DNA of 64,000 nt from Blastocystis sp. Blastoise (taxonomy: Eukaryota > Protista > Bigyra: Opalinata), in NCBI GenBank assembly GCA_039096225.1, contig JBBPEB010000028.1:248001-312000 (forward strand), written 5' to 3'. The notes under the pieces were generated by a model. The model did not search any database and was not told where the DNA came from. It was given only the letters and a program-made list of their open reading frames with translations. Position 1 is the stretch's first letter. Every line of letters begins with the position of its first letter. Both the position numbers and the translations under genes were made by a program. Positions 33,652 to 45,846 of this stretch are shown here, in pieces.

Positions 33652-36540
33652 GGAATGAAGGAAGTAGGAAGAAAGAAGTAGGAAGTAGGAAGAAAGAAGT
33701 AGGAAGTAGGAAGAAAGAAGAAAGAATGAAGAATGAGGAAGAATGAAGTAGGAAGGATGAGGAAGGATGAGGAAGAAGGAAGAATGAGGAAGGATGTAAA
33801 AGTAGGAATGATGAGGAAGAAGGAAGAATGAGGAAGAAGAAGGAAAAAACAAGGATGAAGGATGAGGAAGAAGGAAGAAGGAAGAATCAAGGATGGGAAA
33901 GAAGAAAGAAGGAAGCAGGAAGAAGGAAATGATGAATGATGAAGCAGGAAGAAGTAGGAAGAAGTAGGAAGAAGTAGGAAGAATGCCAGATGAGGAAGAA
34001 GGAAGTAGGAAGAATAAGGAAGACGGAAGAAGGATGAGAAAGAAGGAAGAAGTAAGTAGGATGAGGAAGAAGGAAGAATAAGGAAGGAAGAATGACGGAT
34101 GAGGAAGGAAGGAAGAAAGAAGTAGGAAGGATAAGAAAGACGGAAGAAGAAAGAAGGAAGAAAGAAGGAAGAAAGAAGTAGGAAGGATAAGGAAGAAGGA
34201 AGAAGTAAAATGAAGAAGAAAGAAGGAAGAAAGAAGAAAAAAGAACAAGAAGACTATAAAACCTATATATAATAGAAAACATATAAAAATAAATAAATAA
34301 TAAATAAATAATAAATAAATAAATATAATAAATAAATAAATAAATAAATATAATAAATAAATAAATATAATAAATAAATATAATAAATATAATAAATAAA
34401 TATAATAAATAAATAAATAAATATAATAAATAAATAAATAAAAAACATAAATAAATAAATAAAAAACATAAATAATAAATAATAAAAATGAAAATAATAA
34501 ATAAAATATAAATATATACCTAATAGATTAATCTGAAACCACAGACTAAAGAAGAATGACATGAAAAAACGAAGACGACAACACATCAACAACATTTTCT
34601 TTCCTATAGAATAAAAATAATTAAAAACTATTTAATAAATGATATAAAAAGACAAAATAAATAATATAGATAACAAAAATATAAAATAAAACAAAGTAAT
34701 GAGAGAATTAAAAAACAAATACTATAAAAATAAATATATATTATATACCTGACACAAAGTAATCAAATTAACATAGCCGTGACCACTTCAAGAACTCTTT
34801 ACTACAACAACCAAGACAAATATAAGAGAATCCTATAAAAAAGTGTATTATTTTGAATAAATAAATAACTATATAGATAGATAGATATAATGCAATATAA
34901 AACAATATCAAATAAATAAATAAAATATACAGAATCAAATAATATAATCAAATATTTAAAAAATGTAAAAAACTATGTTTTTTGGGTACCATAAATGTTT
35001 TTAATAGAAAATGACCCAATTATTACTTTTGTAAATAAATCAATGAAAACTCAAGGGTATTTTTGATTTCTATTAGATTTTAAGAAGCATATTTTTATAA
35101 AAGACCCTTTTCTTTAAAAGTAGAAATATAAACACAATTTTTATATTAAGAGAAAACACTTATTTTTTATAATTAAAATATTATCTAAGATGCCTCAGAA
35201 GGCATGATGCTGTCAAGATCGAAGTGTGTAGATGGAAAAATATACATTTCTCAAAAACTTTCAGGTTCTTCTACTCAATAGGATCCAGTTGTGTATGTTC
35301 TTGGTCTTGGTATTACTTGCTCTGATGGTCTTAAAGGTTCTTCTATGTTATTTGTATCATACGGAGGCTGTGGTGTTGCCTGTTATGCTAACTGTGAAGG
35401 TTCTTCTGTTGCTTTAAATGATGCTAATGGTTCTGTTTACGTAGATATAGGTTCCTCTTATGGTATTGAAGGTATGTTGCCAATCATTTATTTTATTATA
35501 TTTTTCTTTTGTTATTTCTTTGTATATATAGGTTCTTCAGTTGTTGTGCATGTAAACAGTGGTGTAGATGAAGATATCTGTGTAGTGTTGAAGGTATGTT
35601 GTCATTCATTTATTTTTCTTTTTTACTTTTATATATATTTAGGTTCTTCTGATGTTTTCAATACTGCTGCTGATGTTGTTGGTGATCAGGTAGACTGTTC
35701 CTATGGTATTAAAGGTATATATATATATTGTCATTCATTTATTATTATTTTTTTTTTATTTATTATTTGTCTATTACTGTTTCTTTATAGGTTCTTTTAT
35801 TGTTGTGTGTGTGGTTGCTGAAGGTGTTAATAATTAAGGTATGTCTATTTTTTAAATTTAATTTAGTTTATTTTTATTTATTATTTATATATAGGTCCTT
35901 CTATTCTGATCGAGTCTTCTATTATAGGTAATGATACAGGTATATTCATATTTCTTTATTTTTTAATTTCTTTTTATTTTATTAATACTAATTTGTTCAT
36001 ATATAGGTTGTTCAACTCAGTTATGATATCATGGTTATTCTTCTGTTCCTTCTTTAGAAGGTATATATATATATATATTTATTGTTTATTCATGTATATT
36101 ATTATTATTATCTCAATCATTTATTATATATAGGTGTACCATCTAATTTGGAATACTATCATCATGATGATAATGTTTATTCTTATAAATAGAAATATAT
36201 CTAAAGGTATATATATATATTACATATATTTATTATAATGTATCTTTTATATATATATCTTTATCTATATAGGTGATAGTGTGGATAGGTCTCTAATACT
36301 TAAAGGTATATATATATATCATATATTTATTATTATATCTCTTATATATATATATATATATGTCTTTTATTTTTTAGGCTTTTCTAATATGATGGGTATA
36401 CTTAGAATGTTTTTATTTTTTTAATTTTCTTTTTCTTTTGCTTATTATTTTTTATTTATATTTTCTTTCTTTATATATCTATTTATTTACTTTGTTTAGC
36501 TTTAGCTAATCTATATTTACTTATTTAATATAATACTTTG

Positions 36541-36571
<31 letters not shown>

Positions 36572-38099
36572 TGTTTTTTTGCTTTGTTTTTTAATTTTAA
36601 TTGTTGACTATTAAAACAATTGTTAAATTAGTTAATATTAATAGTATGGATCATTTTAATCTTTGTATTTAATTTAATTAAAACATTTATTGATCTCATC
36701 TAATTCTATATAGACTCACCAATGTAATCATATCAATAATTGACTTATTATTAAGTTTTGAATCCTCCACATACTTTTTTTATATAGTTTATTATATGTA
36801 AAATTGTAAAAATTAATAAATGTTAAAAAATAGGCTCTTCAACTAAGAGATTAAAAATTCTAAAAATTGTTTAATATAAAATAGCATGCACTCTACAACA
36901 TGTAAAAAATTAAAATAATTTTATTTTTCACAAGTGAATTAAAAATGTGTTTGAGTTGTCTAAAAATTTAAAAGAGTTTGTCTGTTTGTTTAAAACTGTG
37001 TTTTTGTTATAATATGAAAGTACTGACTTTTAAAAACAAGTTTAAAGGGTTTTATTTAAAAAAAATATAATAATAAGTTTTAGGAGGATGCGATTCAATA
37101 CGAAACATTTTATTTATCAAACTATAATTTATGTTTTAAACTATATCAAAACGAGGGACAGAAATACACTTGACAAAGTGTATGACCAAATGTAAAAGGC
37201 TTATAAAGAGTGTTAAAATCGTTATTAACGTGTTTATAGAGTTATGCTGAGTATAGTGTGTAAATGTTAGCTTTTTAAATTAACTTTAAGTGTGTCAACT
37301 TTTCAAAATGTATAAAAAAGGGTCTCTATATCAGAGATTCAAGACATCAAATTTTAATTAATATATAACACAATGAGATCTATATTGTGTGAAAGTTATG
37401 TTTAAAACTATTTTGATACACTGGATATCAAAATGGTGAAGTCTCTCTAAAACCGATATTGTTGACACCTTTATGTATAGAAATGCTATTTAAAGTGACT
37501 TTATTAATATTAATTCTAAAACTATGTGTTTAAGTCGTTAAAGTGAAAATGAATGTTGACTTTGTTGTGTTAAATGGGTTTTGGTTTTATGAAATGATTA
37601 AAGAAAGTGTAAACTACCTTATTATAATCTATTTAAAATGATTTTACATAATAATGACTTTCAATACTTAACATTGTGAGCCATTTCTAAATTTATTAGC
37701 TTTAGAAACTCCATAATAATTAAAATAGTAACTTAACTATTTATAAATACAATATATATTTTTAAAATAATAAATAACAAATATAATGATTCAAAAAGGG
37801 TTTCTCATTTTTTTAAGTATTGTTTTTAGTTTTTCAGATACTATTCAAATGATCAATTTAATAATTATATCAGGAATTGAACCTGATTATAATCAACAAA
37901 TGATTATTACTCTCCATATAGAGTATAAGAAGTGTTAATAAAATAATATATATAATATATAATATATAGTATATAATATATATTATATATTATATATAAT
38001 AGATAATAATGAAAAAAAGAAAATAAAAGCCAAACTGTTATTATTCTTTGTAGCCGCAGGTCCGGTGCCGTTAGGCCCCGGACCTGCGGCGTGACCCTA

Positions 38100-38134
<35 letters not shown>

Positions 38135-38405
38135 CTAATATAAGAATTTTGATTTTAATTTTATATGAAATGAAAGACGTCAGAAATTTCTCCATGCTAC
38201 ATTTGCCTAAAGATAGCAATTGGTAGCATTTCTTTATTATGAAAATAATAAAATTTATACAATCAATATGAATAATTCCATTTGAAAAAATCATTGGCTT
38301 CAATGGATTATTTGGAGGAACTATAAAAGTAAAATTGTTTATATCTATATATACAATAAACATTGCAGTTGAAGTTTGTATCATCGAAATAAAATGGTAA
38401 TTGAA

Positions 38406-38457
<52 letters not shown>

Positions 38458-41400
38458 AGTGAAAATAATCGCTTTACTGTTTTTTGCAACTGATACTGTT
38501 GGCAAACAAAAGTACTACTATTTTTACTTATTAATGTTCCTTCTAACGAAAACATAAATACAGAAACATCACTCGGTATTTGTAACGTTTCCTATATATC
38601 TGATTATATGCACCATAATATAGATACTTCTAATAAATTATAAAAACCCATGTTAGATGTTATATCATCTATTGGAAGGATAATAACTTCTCCTGTTTTG
38701 ATGTTGATACACTGCAATATTTTCTATACAAAATGAGATAGAAAGTTATATATAGTATTATTTACCTCTTTATTAACAAATATTAATGAATCTGGTTTAA
38801 GAATTGATACAGAAGGAGGTATAGACGAATAGACGGTATATGTCAAGTTGGTTTCTTGAGTTGATGCTTTTCTTTCGGAATCTTTTACAACGTCAAGAAT
38901 AGCATCTAATGATATTAATATCCTTAATTTAGTTCATGTAGCGTACGGTGTCTCACACACTTTCACATTTATTGACTTTGTTATTAACTTTTATAAAATA
39001 AAAATAACATCATAAAAACCGGAACACAATTCTGAAAATGACTGTTAAAGAAATTTTTCGAAAACTCTAAATTTCTGGCTAAAAAACGCAAAAAACCATT
39101 TTCGCACAAAATTTTAACCAAAATTATTGGATTATTTCTATTTTATCCAATATTTTTCATTTTTATAAAAACACTTATTTTTCGTTTTTTATTTTTTATT
39201 GTTTTCTTATTTTTTCTATATCTACTCACATTCTTTATATTTATTTTTATAAAATTGACTTTTATTGACGGGTTAGTCTAATAAATAGTTTTGACGGGTA
39301 AATTTGTTTATATTTAGAAGTTGACAACATATCAATACACACATCACTAACTATAAACTCTAAAACCATTTTATATGCAATGATACTGACCTCAACTACT
39401 CTGAAACAACAATAATTCCTTTAAATAACAACAAAAGACAAACTGATATCCAACACATTCCTTCTTTATAAACTTATTTGAGTTTATTCAAGTGATTTTG
39501 AATCAATACATGTCAGAAATATGTCTTTTAGTTGTTTAAAAAGTTTTAATAAGAAAATATTTGATAATAGAAATTTTGATGTTTTGATAGTATAGTTTGT
39601 TATTCGTCTTTCTCCTTGAGTTTTGGGTATTTTTTAAAAATAAAAGTATAATTATAATTAAGATAAGCTATTGCAGATACATATTTTTTATTTTATCTAA
39701 ATATTGAATATTGACTGAGAAACATTCATTTATATGAAAAACATAAAAATGAAAATTTTCAAAAAAGGGTATAGTTTGTTATTGTGATTTCTCAATCAAT
39801 TCTTAATAAAATAAAAAAGTTAAAACATATTTAGAAACTAGACATGTCATAGCAGATACATATTTTTCATTTTTTTAATTAATTGAAAACTCAGGTGACA
39901 AGAGTCAATAGTTGAACTCAATAAAAAATGACTTTCAAAAAATTTTCTTAAAAAGTTTTCATTTGTTTTTTGTTTATATTTTCATCATTAACAATTTTAT
40001 TTGACATTTTACTTTATATTTAAAAACTACATACCAAAATAAACATATTTTACAATTTTATTTTGTTTTTAAAAGACTTTAACAACAGATCACCAGACAA
40101 TGTTAACTCAATAAACTCTTAAAACGTTTTAATATGTGTTTAGAACCACTCATGGATACTATATATCACTTATTTGAAAAAGTTAAGACAACATGTTGAA
40201 CTGATACAGACAATGTTTGTTTTAAAAAGTTAGTTATGAGTCTTTATGAGTTGTATATGTCATAAATAAGCTTAAAATAAATAAATAAGTTTTTAATTGT
40301 CTTTAATTAGTGAAATAAATCGTTTAAAAAAAGAAAACATTTTTGATACTATAGTTTATTTTGACAATTTCTCCATCAATATTAATTTTTAAAAAATAAA
40401 TAAAACTTATATATAAACTAGACAACCTATAGTTTATATATTGATAAAAATCTTATCAAAATATATAATAACTTTTGAGATAAAAAATTATATATGAAAA
40501 ACATAAAAAAATTATTTTTTGAAAAAAGGGTATACTTTATAACATTAATTTCTCAGTCAATATTTTATTATTTTATATAATTTTAACAAATAAATACATA
40601 GAATAAGATATATTAATTATATTATTTTTAATATTTGAAATTAATAAAAAAATGAGTTCAGTAGAGTCAATAGTATAACATGTTAAAAAACTGAAAATTG
40701 AAAAATCGTTTTTCTAAAAATTTTCTGAAAGTTGACAAATCAAATTCATATTTGACAATTAATTTTTACATATTTGAAAACTAGACCTTATATGTATTGC
40801 ATATCTCAAAAAAATGGTCAAAAGTGGAGTTGACGAGTGAATGAGTATATGCACATGTTGGCTCATAATTTTATAAAAAGTAGTTCAATATGTCCTAAAC
40901 CACATATTAGGACAATTCTATAAATATTATCACTTTATAATGAGTTTAAAGGGTAAAATAATTTTGAATTGTCTGTTTGACTGTCTTAAGTGAAGAGATT
41001 CAAGTCACTTTTTGTAAAAATGAGTATTAGAGTGTTTAATGTTTATAATAATAAAAGAATTGTTTGAAATAAAGGTGGTTGTGTGTTTGACCAAAATGTT
41101 AAAATGAGTCTATTTTAAAAAAATGGTTAGAATAAGAAAGTATTGAGTGTTTTTGGAGTATTTTATATTAAAATCTACAATAAATAAACATTTTAAGTTG
41201 TTTAAAAATTTGATTCTTTAGAATTACAATAGTTAAGTCAAGAGATTCAAGTCACTTTTTATAAAAATAATAAATAGACTTATTATAGAATATAAAATAT
41301 TAAAAATTAGTTTAATTAAATGTAGTTGACTGTTTGATAGGAATGTTAGAATGGGTAAAAAGATTTTAATTGTTTCTAAAACAGTATAATACGTTTTTTT

Positions 41401-43302
41401 GTCACTAAATACAAAAATATTATTGTTTAAAGAATGTTTTTTATCTTTCAAAAGAACTCATTTTTTGTAATTGTGACTTTAAACAAATGAAATTCAAGTT
41501 ACTTTTTATAAATTAAAATAATAAATTAAATATATATGTATATTAGCATAAAATTAGTTAAAATAAAAGTGGATATGTGTATTTCAAAACGTTAAAGTCT
41601 TTTAGAGTTTTTTTAAAATAACTCATTTGTTTTATAAACTATATTTTATGTATGATAGTTACAGTTTTTAAAGTACTAAATCTATTTATGATATAGAATG
41701 TAATTTTTGGTTTATATTTAGTTTTTCGTTTCATTTAATGAAATGATTTTGAAAACATTATAAAAAATGAATAGATAATTTTTAAAAATAATTCTTTTTT
41801 TCTTTTATAAAAGAAATTCTATATATGATAAATATTTAGAAAGAACTCTATGAGTTATTATCGATTATATAGAATAATATATATATTTTAATTATTAAAA
41901 ATATATATATATTTTTTTAAATCCAAATTGAAATAGGAGTAATAAAAAATAATAATATTATAAACATTTGAATCTGATAGTATTAAAATATAGTAACTAT
42001 TACATATAATTAAACATTTATTAATAAGAAAAGGGGTATAATAAAATATTAAATATATATATATAATAGTATATATAAAAAGAAATGATAGAATATAAAA
42101 AATCAAATAGAGATAAAAATGATAATAATTTAAAATGGAATAAAATAATATATGAGAAAATTTATAAAAGAATAAATAATATTTTTTAGACAAAAGAGTA
42201 AGTTCTTTCTCATAATAATAATTATATAGAATAATTAAAAATAAAAAATAAATTCTTAAAGATAAGAAATAACTGATAATAATAAGTTTTAAAAGAAAAA
42301 ATATTTTATAATCATAATAATATTGTTTAAAGTATAAAATATTTATAAAACTAAATGAATTTATAATTACAAAAACAGTTATAAATAAATTAACAAAGAA
42401 AAGTGAATTAATATAGAAAACTAAAATATAAATTTAAATCTAAATAGAAATCTAAATAGAAATAGAAATAGAAATAGAAATAGAAATCTAAATAGAAATC
42501 TAAATAGAAATAGAAATAGAAATAGAAATAGAAATAGAAATAGAAATAGAAATAGAAATAGAAATAGAAATAGAAATAGAAATAGAAATAGAAATAGAAA
42601 TAGAAATAGAAATAGAAATAGAAATAGAAATAGAAATAGAAATAGAAATAGAAATAGAAATAGAAATAGAAATAGAAATAGAAATAGAAATAGAAATAGA
42701 AATAGAAATAGAAATTGAAATCTAAATTGAAATAGAAATATGAATAAGATTAAAAATAAAATATAAGAGCTAATCAATTATTATTAATAAACAATAAATA
42801 TATATAATCAATAATAAAAATAGCTAAAATGATACTAAATAAAAAAGGAAATACTACTCAAAAAATGTAATATAAAATGTTAAATAGGAATTATGAATAA
42901 AGTGTGAATTAAATTATTTAGAATATACTAAACTAATAACTAAACAATAGAAGATAACAACTAAAACAATTGAAATAATAATTTATAAAATATGAAATAG
43001 TCTTCATCCTAAAAATAAAAAAATAGAAATGAATAACAAAAACATAAAAATAAACATAATATTTAAAAAAAAAACCAACATAAAATATAACAATTAAGAG
43101 ATGACAACTATCAAAACTCAAGCGTAGGCTGGCGTAGCCAGTCGTGAAACGCTTGTATAATATTATAATAATAATACATACATACTTTCACGAAATGGGT
43201 TTTGTTGTTCATAATATTTTCTGAATACTAAATATTGGTTGAATTCCAAGGGGAATTCTAAAGAATGTACACTAGTACATGGAACCTATGTATATATATA
43301 GT

Positions 43303-43364
<62 letters not shown>

Positions 43365-45846
43365 CGAATATCTCTAGGAATTTTGAATTTAATTCTTTAG
43401 TAAACTCTATATATTTCTATATAGAGTTTATAATGGATATATACATACCGATATAATCAATATTAATATTGTCTGAATCTAATAGATCAAATAATCTATA
43501 ACCATAATTAACCATTTTATCTTCTATTCTACTGGTTCTAAATATTGGCTTATAAAAAAGGGATGAAAACAAATAAAAAATGCATGAATTATATGGTAAT
43601 ACATTTAAAGATTTATATAGATTCTTTATAAAATAAGTAGGAAGTGTTTTGAAATCTAAATTCTTTTCTTTAATTAAGAAAATAATATGTTTACATATAA
43701 TATTATTGTGTGCTATGTTACAACTACATTGAAGAGTTTTTGTAGGTATATAATATACTTCACTAACTTCTTTTCTACTATTACAGCAAATATAATATTT
43801 ATTTATTTCAATTGAGGCTAGATATAGTACTTCTTTTTTATCGTATTCTGTTATGTTACTTATGGAAGAAGGAATTATTCTGTGAATTAAACAATCATCT
43901 TGATTCTTATTCATCATCTCAATGGTCTTTATGTGATAAAAAAAGGGGAATAGGCATAAAGGCGATTTTCGGATGGATTCTAACCATAATGAATGGATTT
44001 GCTCCGTTGGATTATTACTAAGAATAGTAATAATACTATTCTTAAAAGAAAATCTACAAAATGACTTACAACATCCATTAAGGTAATCCTTTAATATAAT
44101 AATATCTTGCGAATTTATTGACTCATTATTATCATTAATTGATTCATTTGATTTATATAGGGCATCTTCTATAACTGCATCAGCATCTTCTTGCTTCGAC
44201 GCGTTACAATAATTAAAAAAAAGATTATTAACAGATTTAGATGGTTTAATTTTGGTTGTTGTATACATTATCGAACGTGCATGAAAAATGCACATAACAT
44301 TAACAGAACTTGGGAATATGTCGTTTATAGCTTTACCAATTCCAACTAAGCCATCAGAATGAATAACATATTTCGTTTCTGGATTCATACCTAAATAATA
44401 TTAATTTATTACTAACAAGATAAATTATAGAATGAGTATTAATAAGATGAATAATATGACGAATAATAATATGATGATTAATAATAAGATGAATAATAAT
44501 ATGATTAATAATATGATGAATAATAATATGATGATTAATAATATGATTAATAATAAGATGAATAATAATAAGATGAATAATAATATGATTAATAATATAT
44601 GAATAATAATAAGATGAATAATAAGATGAATAATAATAAGATGAATATTAATAAGATTAATAATATGAATAATAATATGAATAATAATATGAATAATAAT
44701 ATGAATAATAATATGATTAATAATAAGATCAATTATAATAAGATTAATATGAAATATAAGATGAATATTAATTAGATGAATATTAACAAGACGAATTATA
44801 ATAAGATGCATATGAATAATAATAATATATATACCATGAGTAGAAAGGAAACTGAATAGATCTTTCCATGTATTGGAACCTTCTCCGTAAAGATCTATCA
44901 TGTAACCTAGTAGATACTTTTTATTATATTGAGATAGTGTTACCATATTATATATAAGAAATTTGTCCTTTGATTGTGAATGGGTAGCGTCAATAAATAT
45001 CTCATTATTATATAATCTAGAAAGTTCGTTGACAATCCTTCTATATATTACTATTATCCTAAATAGCTTTTTGTCACTTTTATTAATATAGACTTTATAA
45101 TCAATATTTTCAACAGCTTTGATTGAGTATAAAATTGAAGGAATCATATTATATGAATCAATATAATCTCCAAAGATATTATAGAATAATTTCTTATGCC
45201 ATTTATCTAGTATTGTAATTGAAGTATCTGGAAATAATGTTTTCTCTACTGATTTAAAACTTGAGAAGAGACCAAATGGGTCCTGTAGAAAGTAATAATA
45301 CATCTTTGTTTCAAAATCTTCATATACTACCATTGTCTTAGTATATGTTTTCTGAAGAAGTGTGCTATTCACTATATGAAAAATAATATTTATATATTGA
45401 AAAAACATTTATAGAATATTTTAATTATTAATTATATGATGATAGTTTATGATATAGTTTATTCATACAAAAAAATAGTTAAAATAATAAAAATATACAT
45501 GATATGTCAAACACCTCTTTAACATCATATAACTGATTAGTTATCGCTATATTAATATTAATATTGAAATATAAATATATATATGAATACAATCATGATT
45601 GTGTTTGCAATAATAATACTTAATTGTATATGAATCACCACTTTTTTTAAATTTTATAATAAAATTGCATTTCTGTGTTGTACAAACATAGACCAAGCAA
45701 TGACCACCACGTTGTCTAATTGAGTAGTGAAACTTAGATTTGTAATTGCGAACATCAACTAAAATTTCTTCGCGTGATGTGTATTCTTCTTTGAAGCCTA
45801 TCGATGCAAGTGTATTACTTGTAGATAGAGAGAAAGGATCAGCCAT
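24950..45846 (-). CDS. MULE transposase-Ulp1 (C48) protease fusion gene, about 27-28 exons, interrupted by three Helitron-like insertions
   Basis: N-terminal CTTQKC...KHNH Zn finger; DDE core IFIDATH / IHSDG / CIFH / SNNPTEQ; SWIM CSC...ICKHI; C48 motifs YLNDYIIDSY, LIP, NHWLL, YDSL, PQQHNSFDCG. Manual splicing keeps one frame from ATG 45846 to TAG 24950 once the insertions are removed. Confidence 0.8.
26974..31190 (-). mobile_element. Non-autonomous Helitron-like element, family A copy 1 (4,217 bp)
   Basis: 5' TC(CTTAATTTAG...), 3' GC-rich hairpin then CTTG; sits between A and T with no TSD. Removal restores the host exon frame (ATA-T|GT donor). Homologous along its length to 38921-43155. 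Confidence 0.75.
27389..27650 (+). repeat. (TTTCTA)n hexamer microsatellite inside family A copy 1
   Basis: Directly visible; the counterpart (TAGAAA)n lies at about 42440-42740. Confidence 0.95.
33525..33591 (-). ncRNA. tRNA-like cloverleaf with B-box (Helitron B copy 1)
   Basis: CTTTATG-CTCT AGAAGG AGAG-AAACAATC ATTATA GATTGTTT-TCAGG TTCAATT CCTGA-CATGAAG, followed by T-runs. Confidence 0.55.
33651..34250 (+). repeat. Purine-rich (GAAG/GGAAGAA/GTAGGAA) low-complexity tract in Helitron B
   Basis: About 600 bp of almost pure A/G on the + strand. It generates the spurious F/L/S/P ORFs on the - strand. Confidence 0.9.
35264..36306 (+). pseudogene. Decayed series of short exons captured in Helitron B
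   Basis: About eight short segments bounded by AG|GT acceptors and mostly AAG|GTAT donors, several starting GSS. Stops are present and no family was recognised. Confidence 0.35.
37863..37930 (-). ncRNA. tRNA-like cloverleaf with B-box (Helitron B copy 2)
   Basis: TTATA-CTCT ATATGG AGAG-(TA)ATAATCA TTTGT TGATTAT(AA)-TCAGG TTCAATT CCTGA-TATAA. Confidence 0.5.
38921..43155 (+). mobile_element. Non-autonomous Helitron-like element, family A copy 2 (4,235 bp)
   Basis: A|TCCTTAATTTAG...CAAGCGTAGGCTGGCGTAGCCAGTCGTGAAACGCTTG|T. Removal rebuilds a short GTATGT...CATTAG intron of the transposase gene with matching phase. Confidence 0.75.
42440..42740 (+). repeat. (TAGAAA)n hexamer microsatellite inside family A copy 2
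   Basis: Directly visible, with TAGAAATCTAAA variant units. Confidence 0.95.
43450..45846 (-). CDS. MULE transposase core exons (Zn finger, DDE, SWIM)
   Basis: ORFs 45547-45846, 44425-45408 and 43417-44388 join via GT-AG introns, with a 48-nt exon near 45499-45546. All catalytic motifs are present. Confidence 0.9.

Larger units (their letters stand above)
31589..38100 (+). mobile_element. Non-autonomous Helitron, family B (6,512 bp)
   Basis: 5' A|TCATTACTATATATATG; 3' 13-bp perfect stem GCCGCAGGTCCGG/CCGGACCTGCGGC (38053-38090) then GTGACC-CTAG|T. Inserted in an intronic (TA)n tract; the flanking exons rejoin in frame. Confidence 0.88.

Noticed and set aside
33597-34595. Long hydrophobic F/L/S ORFs on the minus strand
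   Set aside because: They are the antisense of polypurine and (AAAT)n low-complexity tracts.
38053-38100. GC-rich hairpin as a rho-independent terminator
   Set aside because: The locus is eukaryotic, there is no U-tract, and hairpin plus CTAG|T with a matching 5' A|TC fits a Helitron 3' end.
26967-43160. A nested 16-kb TIR element (Polinton- or foldback-like) bounded by the 4.2-kb inverted repeats
   Set aside because: There is no TSD and no polymerase, integrase or capsid gene. Each repeat excises independently to restore the surrounding gene.
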